Shown here in pieces: positions 36,201 to 47,830 of a stretch of DNA of 64,000 nt; positions within the stretch are counted from its first letter, which is position 1, and every line of letters starts with the position of its first letter. The notes under the pieces are model-generated. The model searched no databases and was not told the origin of the DNA. It saw nothing but the letters and a program-made list of their open reading frames with translations. The stretch is from Gekko japonicus (lineage: Eukaryota): contig NW_015170393.1 in NCBI RefSeq assembly GCF_001447785.1, positions 1-64,000 on the forward strand. The letters run 5' to 3'. Made by a program: the position numbers and the translations under genes.

Positions 36201-36461
36201 GTGCATGCACAGTTCGGCAGGACCTCGCATGCTGCAGGAGAGATGGGCGCGCCGGCGATCAGACCGGCCGTCCCTGCAGCGGATTTTCAGGTAGGTAGTA
36301 GTGTTTTCTAGGTTTTTTTAAAATCCGCATCTTCGGCCGGAAGAGACAGATCGGGGACAGGTGCGCACCACTTCCCAGATGTTGTGGTGTGATCGTGCCC
36401 GCTTGCTGCACCCCCGATCTGTCCCTCTCACGAATCAAAGCCTCCCCTTGTGACCGGGGCC
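36201..36461. mobile_element. Right half of a PIF/Harbinger-like MITE (copy D, closest to copy B)
   Basis: Aligns to 30623-30882 and ends TGTGACCGGGGCC. Confidence 0.82.
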
Positions 36462-38628
36462 ATTAGATGATCAGATGAGCCATTTTGTGGTGTGAAAAAC
36501 CTCCCCCTGAAGTGGGAGAAAATCTGCTTGGCAGATCCCAGGTTCATAGAATAGAATCATACAATCATAACAGTTGGAAGGGACCTCCAGGGTCATCTAG
36601 TCCAACCCCCTGCACAATGCAGGAAATTCACAAATACCTCCCCCTCCACACATACCCAGTGACCCCCTGCTCCATGCCCAGAAGATGGCAAAAAAAAAAA
36701 ACACCCTCCAGGATCCCTGGCTAAACTGGCCTGGACACAATTGCTGGCCTGGACAAAATTGCTTCCTGACCTCAAAGGGGCAATCGGCATTTTCCTGGGC
36801 GTGTAAGAAAGGGCCACGAGAACTAAGCAGGTTCAACCCCTGGCATTTCCAGTTAAAAGATCAGGTCATAAGTGATGCGAAAGGCCTCTGCCTGACAACT
36901 GGGAGAGCTACTGCCAGTCCGAGTAGAATGTACTGACCTTGATGAACCAGTGGTCTGATTCAGTACGAAGCAGCTGCATGTGTGTTCATGTATGTCTTTT
37001 CTGATTTGGCCATCTTAGGTACATTAGTTGTGTTGAAGCACCCACAAAGTTTGGGCATGGGACCTCTGTCCTCCTTTGGGGCCACACCCAAAACAGCTAC
37101 CTTGTACACTGCATCTTGATGAACTTTTTGGAGAACTTATTTATTTATTTATTAAAACATTTACACCCCATCTTTCCTTGTGGTTCAGAATGGGTTACAA
37201 AAATTGTTTATAAAAATTATATTTGTGGTGGGAGCCAGCGTGCTGTAGTGGTTAATAGTAGTGAACTCTAATCTGGAGAACTGGGTTTGATTCCCCACTC
37301 CTCCTCCACATGAAGCCTGCAGGGTGACCTTGGGCCAGTCACAGTTTCTCTCAGAACTCTCTCAGCCCCACCTGCCTCACAAGGTGACTACTGTGGGGAG
37401 AGGAAGAGAAAGAGACTGTAAGCTGTCACGAGACTCCTTATGGTTGAGAAAAGTGGAGTATAAAAACCAACTCTTCTAGAAATTACACTTAAAACCAGAA
37501 TAAAATAACAAACCTCAAATCTCGCCATCCCTCTTCCATTAAAGGATGCCAACTATTCCTATGTATTCAATTAAATATCATTTTAATCCATTGAAGGGAA
37601 ATATTGAAAAAGAACCAAAATGTTAGGAAATCAGACGAGAGGATGTGAAAAGTCACAAGAAGCATCGAGAGAAAAGAAAAATAAAGCATGCGCAAAACCG
37701 ATTGTGGGGGTATTCTGTGCTTCCTAAAAAAATGTATTTCACACTAATCTCAAAGCCTTGTTGACTTGAGTGTTTGCTTTTTCTTTTCAAAATGCTTCGT
37801 AAACAGCAACAGGATGTAAAGGTCTACTTTTCGAGACGTCACTTCAGGGATCTCGGCTTATTTTAGAACCCTGTGGTTACCCCTGTGAAATGGCCAGCTG
37901 CCGCTCTGCATCATCATTTGAATGTGGAGTGTCAGCATCGAGGCAGCTGAAACCAAAAGTCTTTGGTGCATGGCTGAGCAGGATGCTGTGAATCTTGAGC
38001 AAAGCAACAGTTCCTGAACAGGATCCTGCAGGGCATCGTGCTTGTTTTAGGCTGGATGCGTGTGTTGACTTGAATTAGAATAAGGATGGCCCATGGGTAA
38101 ATAAGAACATAACATAAGAACATAAGAGACGCCAATGCTGGATCAGGCCAGTGGCCCATCTAGTCCAACATTCTGTCACACAGCGGCCAAAAATACCAGG
38201 TGCCATCAGGAGGTCCAGCAGTGGGGCCAGGACACTAGAAGCCCTCCCACTGTTGCCCCCCCCCCTGCAAGCACCAAGAATACAGAGCGTCACTTGCCCT
38301 AAACTGAGAGTTCCTATCTATACCTTGTGGCTAATAGCCACTGATGGACCTCTGCTCCATATGCTTACCTAATTCCCTCTTGAAACTGTCCTTGCTTGTA
38401 GCTGCCACCACCTCCTGTCTCCACATAGAAGGGAGACATTGCATCCAGATGATAGGAACTTCACTGTTAAATCTGTGAGCTCTATTTCTGACCTCTATGC
38501 GTTTTGAAAGGACAGATGGATCCTGGGGCTGGGCCAAAAAACTACAGTCTGACATTGTCTGTCTACATAACCATCAACTTAGACGAATCCATGAATGGTC
38601 TGTAGAACCAGAGGGCTGGAAGAACTAA

Positions 38629-39147
38629 GGCCCCGGTCACACGGGCCAGATATCACGGGGGGAGAGGCGTGGCTAATTGCCCCAAAGGAAACTAATGTGC
38701 GGCCACCCGAGCACACGTCCTGGTTGAGGTCCTGTGGTTAGGGGAGAGATGCCGACCAGACGGGTATCCTGCAGTGCGGCACAGAAGCCGTGCCGCGCGA
38801 TCGCACTAGCAATCGCTCTTTGTGCGCATGCGCTGTTGGGAGCTCTTGCGCAACCTGCAGAGACTTTGGAGACAAAAAGACAGCCTTGTGTTTGACGAAC
38901 AGCGGCGGGTGCCGGATGCCACGTAAGTCCACCGGAAACGTGATCAGATGCCCGCCCTTGCCCCGCGGTTTCCGGAAACTAGTACCTCGGAGTTACTAGT
39001 TTTTTTTTTACTCCACATCTTCAGCGGGAAGCCTCGGGTTAGCCACAGGAGCTCTACGCTTCCCAGATGTTGTGGTGTGATCATGCCCGGAAAATCTGCC
39101 TACCATCCATATCGTCAGCGCAGCAAATGCTCCTTGTGACCGCAGCC
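38629..39147. mobile_element. PIF/Harbinger-like MITE, copy E
   Basis: TIRs plus a perfect TAA TSD, as expected for PIF/Harbinger. Confidence 0.87.
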
Positions 39148-40651
39148 TAAAAATGTTAGATCCGTCCCAAGATGGGGCCCTGAACTAAGAACCAGTGTTA
39201 TGTATATAATAAAATACAGGTCACATATGAAATTGCCTTACACCAAATCAGATCATTGGTCCATCAAGGTCAGTATTGTCTACTCAGACTGGGAGTGTTT
39301 CTCCAGGGTCTCCAGTAGCGTTCTTCCATATCACCTACTGTGTCTGTAAAGTGTGGCCAAGTCACTACTGACTCATGGTGACCCCTCACCAGGTTTTCAA
39401 GGCAAGAGATGAACAAAGGTGGGTTGCCATTGCTGGCCTCTGCATAGTAATCCTAGCCTTCCTTATTTATATATTTATTTATTTTTCCAATTTATACCCT
39501 GCCCTTCCCGCCAAGGCAAACACAGGGCAGCTTACATAAACGTAACTACATAAATAACAATTAAATTACCATAAATACATCTAAAAACAATTCATTATAG
39601 AACAGTGCAGTATCATAAAGTGCTGTTTTAATTTCACAGCAATGGCGTTACCATATGAGTGCATTCAGTAGATTATCTAGATGTTCAGCTCACTGATCTT
39701 TCCCAGGTATAATCGGCAGGCACAGGCTGTCAATAGCAAGCCAAGGGCCAGGGCTCTATAAATTTCAGTTGTTGTTGATCATGGTGGCGGCTCTTTAACT
39801 GAAGGCCTGGTGGGAGAGCTCCATCTTACAGGTCCTGCAGGGCCCTGATCTCTTCTGGGAGCTCATTCTACCAGTATACAGCTGCCACCGAAAAAGCCCT
39901 GGCCCTGGTTGCAGCCAGCCTGGCATCCTTGGGAGCAGGGAGGGTCAGTTGGTTTTGTGATCCTAACCGTAGTGCTCTCTGGGGTACATATTTGTACCTT
40001 CCTTGGTGATCTCTCACCCAACATATTGTATGATCTCCCACCCAACTACATATTTGCACCTTCCTTGGTGATCTCCCACCCAACTACTAACCACGGCTGA
40101 TCCTGCTTAGCTTCCAAGCTCCAATGAGATTAGAACAGCCTTGCTCATCCAGGTCATCTACTCCCTGGTCTTTTAAACTGGAGACACCAGGGATTAAACC
40201 TGGGGCCTTCTGCATGCCAATCATATGATCTTCCATGGAGCCACAGTCATTGGGATCCCAACCATTCCATCATGCTTCACCATATTCCAGACAAGACCCA
40301 GCCACTTTTGGTCAGTAAAAGAGCTTGTTCTGGGCTGCTAGAAAGCCTCCACCATGTAATCTAGGCGGAGCCAGTGGGGTGCAGCGGTTAGCATGTCAGA
40401 GTAAGGAGACCCAAGTAGAGGTCCCCCCCTCTTGTTGTAAAGCAGACCATGGGCAAATAATTCTACCTCCACCGGACCTATTTCACGGGGTTGTTGCGAG
40501 GATAAAGCAGAGAAGGGACAAGACGGGTATACCACCCTGAACTTGGTTGTGTTGGGAAGGGCTGTCAAGTCACAGCCAACTTATGGTAACCCCTAAGGTT
40601 TTCAAAGGAAGAGATGGGCAGAGGGGATTTGTCATTGCCTACCTATGCATA

Positions 40652-41050
40652 AGGAAGGCCGAGCACCAAAGAATAGATTCTTTTGAACTATGGTGCTGGG
40701 GAAGACTCTTGAGAGTCCCTTGGACTGCAAGAAGATCAAATCAGTCAACCCTATAAGAAATCAACCCTGACTGTTCCCTGGAAGGCCAGATAATTAAACT
40801 GAAGCTCAAATACTTTGGCCACCAAATGAGAAGGGAGCACTCACTGGAGGAGACCCTGATGCTGGGAAAGATTGAAGGTCAAAGAAGACGAGGACGGCAA
40901 AGGATGAGATGGTTAGACAGTGTCATCGATGCAACGAACATGAAATTGAGCAAACTTTAGAGGACAGCGAAAGACAGGAAGGCCTGGCGGGATCTGGTCC
41001 ATGGGGTCGCAAAGAGTCGGACTCGACTGTGTGACTGAACAACAACAACA
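40652..41050 (+). mobile_element. RTE-BovB LINE 3' fragment inserted in a 5S-derived SINE
   Basis: FELWCW.RLLRVPWTARRSNQS translation, GGGGTCGCAAAGAGTCGGACTCGACTG, (CAA)n tail, TSD ACCTATGCATA. Confidence 0.95.
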
Positions 41051-41549
41051 ACCTATGCATAGCAACTCTCAGCTTCCTTGATGGTCTCCTATCCAAGTAG
41101 TAACCAGGGCTGATCCTGTTTAGCTCCTGAGATCTGATGAGTTCAGGCTAGCTTGAGCAACCAGGTCAGGGCCCCCTGAACTTGGGGTAGGATAAAATTG
41201 CAGTCAAGAAGTTGATACACCACTAGAATTCAATTGCGATATTGACACTTTGCATGGTATGGGTTTCTGGGCACCATTGTAAGAGGGACTGGGTATCACG
41301 TGTCTGACCATAAGACATTAAAATCATTGTGTATTCTGGCTATATATGTATAGGTTGAAGTACTTAGGTACCCTATTTCAGCTTTCTATCTAGTGTCAAA
41401 ATACTGTTGTCATTTCTGAATGACCACCACTGGCTGACATTAACCACTTGTCCATGTTTATTTGTTTGAGACTTTGGGGTTTTTTTTCTACACTGGTGAA
41501 CCTTTTTTTTCAATACAATTGGTTTTCGATACATGTATCACTTCCTAGC

Positions 41550-42080
41550 TCCATAATCACAAATGCATTTCCCCCCTTGGGACCTGCGGGGGGACTTGTT
41601 CCCTGTTGCTATGATTTCAAACAATGACTCATCTGTGCTTAATTAGTTTCCCCCCTCCACAGCCAACTCATTATTGACTTTTCCTAAGGTACCAAAAAGT
41701 TTATTGTCACATCATCAAAACTTTTCAGCACCAATTAACTCCCAAGTCTATCAATTAAGTATGCAGGTCGCTTCCCCTTTTGAGCTGAATGCCCCGAAAG
41801 GGCCAAAGGTCTTCCTGGGTTAATTAAAAGTGTTCTGCACCTTATGTAATTCTCAAGGGATGCAAGCAGAGGGGGAAATGCACTAACTTCTTCTTTTGCT
41901 GTAAGATTTAGTTCTTTCTTTCCATTTAATGTTTCAGCTTGAGAGGGGGGGGTGATGGACAACAAAGTTCAAAGGCCAAATCTTGGGTGGATCATGATTA
42001 AATTGCTTAAAGAAAACCCAATATATTTTATTTCTTCAAGTTACCTGTGTTTTGCAATAATTAAAGCAATATAATCATCA
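41550..42080. promoter_or_regulatory. Candidate OR enhancer (homeodomain plus O/E motif cluster)
   Basis: Repeat-free block with TTAATTAG, CAATTAA x2, TTAATTAA, TAATTAA and O/E-like CCCCTTGGGA and TCTCAAGGGA. Confidence 0.45.
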
Positions 42081-42215
42081 CACAACTCAAAAACTATGTT
42101 TTGGACCCCCCCAAAAAAAAAAACCTTCTGAAAAGGAGATTTAGTACATCAGCCAAAACAAACAGTCAAAGTCTCATGAACGCAAAAGGTGGCGCTATCC
42201 ATTCATCTTTATTAT

Positions 42216-42286
42216 TTCCCACAAGCTGTACAGAAACAGAACAAAGAATGTTAACTCATGTTCTGTTTCTGTACAGCTTGTGGGAA
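42216..42286. other. Perfect 28-bp stem, 15-nt loop hairpin
   Basis: TTCCCACAAGCTGTACAGAAACAGAACA-loop-TGTTCTGTTTCTGTACAGCTTGTGGGAA. Confidence 0.9.
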
Positions 42287-43657
42287 TAGACATTTGCCTC
42301 CATGTTCTGGTTGGGGCTTCCTGACTGGTCACAGTGGGGAACCAGATACTGAGTTTGCTGGATCTTTTCATCTGGCAAGGCTCTTACTTCAGCTTCCAAC
42401 TGTATGAGAAGAAAGTTCACATAATAGGGGGAGTGGTTTCCAGGGGTGTAGCCAGGAATTTCTGGGTGGTGGGGCAGGGGAGCAGTGATGGTGGCAGGCT
42501 GCCTTGACTACTCACCTCCACCCAGGGTTATGGCCATGGGGGAGTGTGTGCGGCTGTTCAGTGGGAAGGTGCCTCTCCTCCTTCCCTGCCTCTGGCCTGC
42601 TGGCTGCCCTTTGGATGTGCACCTCCAGCCATGTGCCTCTCCTCCCCCCTTCCTCTCCCCCCTTCTCCAGATGTGCACCTCTCTTCCCTGCCTCCAGCCC
42701 ACCAGCTGCCCTTTAGACAGCATGTCCGGCCCCGTGGGGGGCCATTCCCACTGTGGCATGGAAGATGGGCAGGTGGACAGCAAGGGATGGGTGAGGTGAA
42801 TTGTGGGGTCTGTAAGGCACTGGAACAGTTGGCGATGGTGGGGCATGGCTAACAAGTGAGGGGGCACGGCCCCAAATTTCCCGGCCATAGCTATGTGCCT
42901 GGTGGTTTCATTTTTTTCCATTTGCAAGCAGACTCATAGAAGACAGTTCCATCAATGGCTACTATCCATGACACAGGGGATTCCAACATTCAGAGGCAGG
43001 AAGCCTTTGAATGCCAGACCTAGGAAACCTTGGTCCCTATTGACTTATTCCCTTCTTTTATGTGCCACCTTTCCCCGAAAGGGGAAACCAGAGCAGCTTA
43101 CAACTTTCACGTTTCCTCCATTTTATCCTTACACCAACCCTGTGAGGCAGGTTAGGCAGTGAGTGTGTGACTTATCCAGGGTCACCCAGCAAGCTACCAT
43201 GGCACAGTGGGCATTTGAACCTGAGTCTCCCACGTCCCAGTCCAATACTTTAACCACACTGTATCGTAACACTTGTGCCCTGTTTATGAGACCTTCGGGG
43301 TAATTGGATGGTTGCTGTGCAAAACAGGATGCTGGATTACATGGACCAGTAGGTCTGACCTCAAAGGGCACTTCTTATATTCTTAGATTTTTTTTTTTAA
43401 AGGAAGAAGTTGTGAACATCTCATGCAGGTTCTCATGGTGTACTCCAGGCCCAGGATGATCATTTCAACTTCTGTTTGTGCTGACTAGGCCTCAGTTATC
43501 AGAACCAGTGAAATGGTCAAAGATTCTGTTGTTCCTGAGGAATGGATCTCATGTATTTAAGCATGTCCCCAATTTTCTGGTGTTTCTTGCTGTGAATTCC
43601 TAATGTCTGGGGGATGCCTTTAAAACATTTTATTGGGGTGACGTATTATCTCCCCTA

Positions 43658-44007
43658 GGAGCTGCGGTGGCTCAAGTGGTTAAGATGCTGAACTGCAGGC
43701 TGTGGAAGGTCGGTAGTTCAGCAGTTCGAGACCCGAGTGTGCCGCATGACGGAGTGAGCTCCCGTCTCTAGTTCCAGCTCCTCCCAACCTAGCAGTTCAA
43801 AAGCAAGAAATTGCAAGTAGATAAATAGGGACCACTTCGGTGGGAAGGGAACAGCGTTCCGTGCGCCTTGGTGTTTAGTCATGCCGGCCGCATGACCACG
43901 GAAACGTCTTTGGACAGCGCTGGCTCTTCGGCTTTGAAACGGAGATGAGCACCGCAACCCTAGAGTCGGACTCGACTGGCTTTCGAGCAAGGGAGACCTT
44001 TACCTTT
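43658..44007 (+). mobile_element. Sauria SINE, full length
   Basis: Matches the other copies. TSD TATTATCTCCCCT. Confidence 0.93.
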
Positions 44008-44114
44008 TATTATCTCCCCTGTCCCTTCCCACAACAACAACTGCCCATCCAGATAGCAGACATTACTGAACTTGTTTGAATGGAGGTCTAGCTTCAGAGG
44101 TTGGGCACCTTCAG

Positions 44115-44373
44115 GAAATTGCGAAGGACTCCGCAACTTGGAGTGACCATCACTGCTCTCGATCCCAATGTGAAGAGGCAAAAGAAAGGGCCAGGATGTG
44201 ATTTCGCTAACCAAGCATCCTGTATTTTAATTCTTCCATCCCTGAAATTGCGAAGGACTCAGCACCTTGGAGTGACCATCACTGCTCCCCATCCCAATGT
44301 GAAGAGGCAAAAGAAAAGGGCCAGGATGTGATTTTCGCTAACCAAGCATCCTGTATTTTAATTCCTCCATCCC
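44115..44373 (+). repeat. ~129-bp tandem duplication
   Basis: GAAATTGCGAAGGACTC...CCATCCC occurs twice, with a few substitutions and indels. Confidence 0.9.
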
Positions 44374-45360
44374 CTCTATCAGCAGGGGCACCTGGGAGGA
44401 GGAACAAGAACAGCTGTAGTTGNNNNNNNNNNNNNNNNNNNNNNNNNNNNNNNNNNNNNNNNNNNNNNNNNNNNNNNNNNNNNNNNNNNNNNNNNNNNNN
44501 NNNNNNNNNNNNNNNNNNNNNNNNNNNNNNNNNNNNNNNNNNNNNNNNNNNNNNNNNNNNNNNNNNNNNNNNNNNNNNNNNNGCCTCTGACAGTAGCGGC
44601 AGGGGGGGTTCTTACTTGGGGGGGGGCTAGAAAGGATTTTGTAGAGAGCACCACAACTGTCAAGGCCCCTTAAGGGCTGGAAAACACCTCATCTGTGGAA
44701 GAGAAAGAGGGTCAACAGTGGGAGGGCTTCTAATGTCCTGGCCCCACTGGTGGACCTCCTGATGGCACTGGTATTTGTGGCCACTGTGTGACACAGAATG
44801 TTGGACTGGATGGGCCTTTGGCCTGATCCAACATTGGCGTCTCTTATGTTCTTATCTTCTTATGTTCTTATGATCTGGGAACTGGTTCCACTATTGCTTG
44901 TCAGAGTTATCTCCCATGACCCTGAGGCCCTAGAATGAAAGACCTCAGAGGACCTTAGCAATCTCAAACATATAGGGCCAGTCTATAAAACAGAAGTCCC
45001 TTTGTCTCTGATCCAAGCCTACAAGATCATTACAGATGAGAGGTCCATGGAGATATAGCCCTGCTGCAGTAAAATGACATCAGTGAAGTAACATCAGTCC
45101 TCTCTAGGAATCACAGGGGAAACCTGGAAGTGATGCCAGTCTTCTCTAGGAATTTCTAGTTTTACAAAAGAGTTTCCAGCAATTCCTAGAGTAGCATGAC
45201 ATCACTCCGTTTCCCATGCCAACATCCACCCACCCATAGCCAAGTTCCCCTGGTCTACCACTGGTAGCCAAGCCACGCCTGGTAACGCTATCTGCAACTC
45301 TTTCTACTCCAAACTCCACATATGTTCAGATGCATCACCGGCATGGAACTTGTAAATATA

Positions 45361-47830
45361 TACCCTAACATATATCCAGGGCATTCCATTTTCTTGTCGT
45401 GTATTTTGTATTTGTGTGTGTGTGCCCACGCATGCATTCCTGGAAGTCATGACGACCTCTGGCGTTCCCTAGTGGTGGGGCAGGGAGGACTTTCAGAGAA
45501 GTGAATTGATATAACCTGCCTCTGCCTCCTGGCCCTGGTATTCTTTGGATGTCCCCCATCCAAGTTACTCTGTGATCCACCCTGAGCCCACTTACGGGGA
45601 GGGTGGAATATAAATTTAAATAAATAAATAAATAAAAATACTAATGAGATCAGGCTTGCCTGGGCTATCCAGGTAAGCACCAGGACATTCAATTTCCCAA
45701 GCTCTACACTAGATATACAGATCAGAACCTGAATGTGTTTGGGTCTGTTCCATGCACAACAACATACTTGAATGGCTGTAGGAATAAGCTTTGCAGACAG
45801 TAAACAAGACCCCAATCACTGACAGTAAACAAGACCCCAATACCTGACAGTAAACAGAGCCCACTTACGGGGAGGGTGGAATATAAATTGAAATAAATAA
45901 ATAAATAAAAATACTGATGAGATCAGGCTTGCCTGGGCTATCCAGGTAAGCGCCAGGACATTCAATTTCCCAGGCTCTACACTAGATATACANNNNNNNN
46001 NNNNNNNNNNNNNNNNNNNNNNNNNNNNNNNNTAGCTCACAAAGTAGAACTTTTGCTCACAAGACTCCACAGCTTAGAGGGAGCATCGACCATCACCCCC
46101 CTTCACATCTTTATCTGTAGTTGAATGAGTAGGGGAAAGGAGAGTAAGAAAAGGACTTAAGATTTGTAGGATTGGTAGTGATGGGATTTTAATGTTCAGT
46201 GTTTTATTATTATGTATTTGTTCCTCANNNNNNNNNNNNNNNNNNNNNNNNNNNNNNNNNNNNNNNNNNNNNNNNNNNNNNNNNNNNNNNNNNNNNNNNN
46301 NNNNNNNNNNNNNNNNNNNNNNNNNNNNNNNNNNNNNNNNNNNNNNNNNNNNNNNNNNNNNNNNNNNNNNNNNNNNNNNNNNNNNNNNNNNNNNNNNNNN
46401 NNNNNNNNNNNNNNNNNNNNNNNNNNNNNNNNNNNNNNNNNNNNNNNNNNNNNNNNNNNNNNNNNNNNNNNNNNNNNNNNNNNNNNNNNNNNNNNNNNNN
46501 NNNNNNNNNNNNNNNNNNNNNNNNNNNNNNNNNNNNNNNNNNNNNNNNNNNNNNNNNNNNNNNNNNNNNNNNNNNNNNNNNNNNNNNNNNNNNNNNNNNN
46601 NNNNNNNNNNNNNNNNNNNNNNNNNNNNNNNNNNNNNNNNNNNNNNNNNNNNNNNNNNNNNNNNNNNNNNNNNNNNNNNNNNNNNNNNNNNNNNNNNNNN
46701 NNNNNNNNNNNNNNNNNNNNNNNNNNNNNNNNNNNNNNNNNNNNNNNNNNNNNNNNNNNNNNNNNNNNNNNNNNNNNNNNNNNNNNNNNNNNNNNNNNNN
46801 NNNNNNNNNNNNNNNNNNNNNNNNNNNNNNNNNNNNNNNNNNNNNNNNNNNNNNNNNNNNNNNNNNNNNNNNNNNNNNNNNNNNNNNNNNNNNNNNNNNN
46901 NNNNNNNNNNNNNNNNNNNNNNNNNNNNNNNNNNNNNNNNNNNNNNNNNNNNNNNNNNNNNNNNNNAAAGTATTTGAGCTTCAGTTTCATTATCTGGCCT
47001 TCCAGGGAACAGTCAGGGTTGATTTCTTTTAGGATTGAATGTGTACCCTAACATATATCCAGAGCATTCCATTTTCTTGTCTTTTATTTTGTATTTGTAC
47101 CCACGCATGCATTCCTGGAAGTCATGATGACCTCTGGTGATCCCTCGTGGGGCATGGGGGACTTTCAGAAAAGTGGATTGATATAACCGGCCTCTGCCTC
47201 CTGGCCCTGGTATTCTNNNNNNNNNNNNNNNNNNNNNNNNNNNNNNNNNNNNNNNNNNNNNNNNNNNNNNNNNNNNNNNNNAAATAAATAAATAAATAAA
47301 AATACTGATGAGATCAGGCTTGCCTGGGCTATCCAGGTAAGCGCCAGGACATTCAATTTCCCAGGCTCTACACTAGATATACAGATCAGAACCTGAATGT
47401 GTTTGGGTCTGTTCCATGCACAACAACGTACTTGAATGGGTGTAGGAATAAGCGGTGCAGACAGTAAACAAGACCCCAATCATCGGTGTTCCCTCTAAGC
47501 TGAATTAGCGTGAGCTAGCTCACAGTTTTTTCGCCTCCGGCTCACACATTTTTTGTCTTAGCTCAGGAAGGATGCCTCCAGAGCAAACTCATTTATGCAG
47601 TAGCCAAACCGCTCGCTCACAACTTTAATGCCGGTAGCTCACAAAGTAGAACTTTTGCTCACAGGACTCCACAGCTTAGAGGGAGCGTTGACCATCACCC
47701 CCCTTCACATGTTTATCTGTAGTTGAATGAGTAGGGGAAAGGAGAGTAAGAAAAGGACTTCAGGTTTGTAGGATTGGTAGTGATGGGATTTTAATGTTCA
47801 GTGTTTTATTATTATGTATTTGTTCCTCAA
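45361..47830 (+). repeat. Local segmental duplication spanning gaps (45361-45817 ~ 47044-47480; 46033-46227 ~ 47634-47829; 45857-45992 ~ 45583-45718)
   Basis: Direct sequence matches with some divergence; may be partly an assembly artefact. Confidence 0.8.

Noticed and set aside
35358-36311. Cluster of ORFs at 35.3-36.3 kb
   Set aside because: Products of a GC-rich tandem repeat, with frames not conserved between units.
46192-47051. Long ORFs of 260-280 aa
   Set aside because: They consist of N-gap codons.
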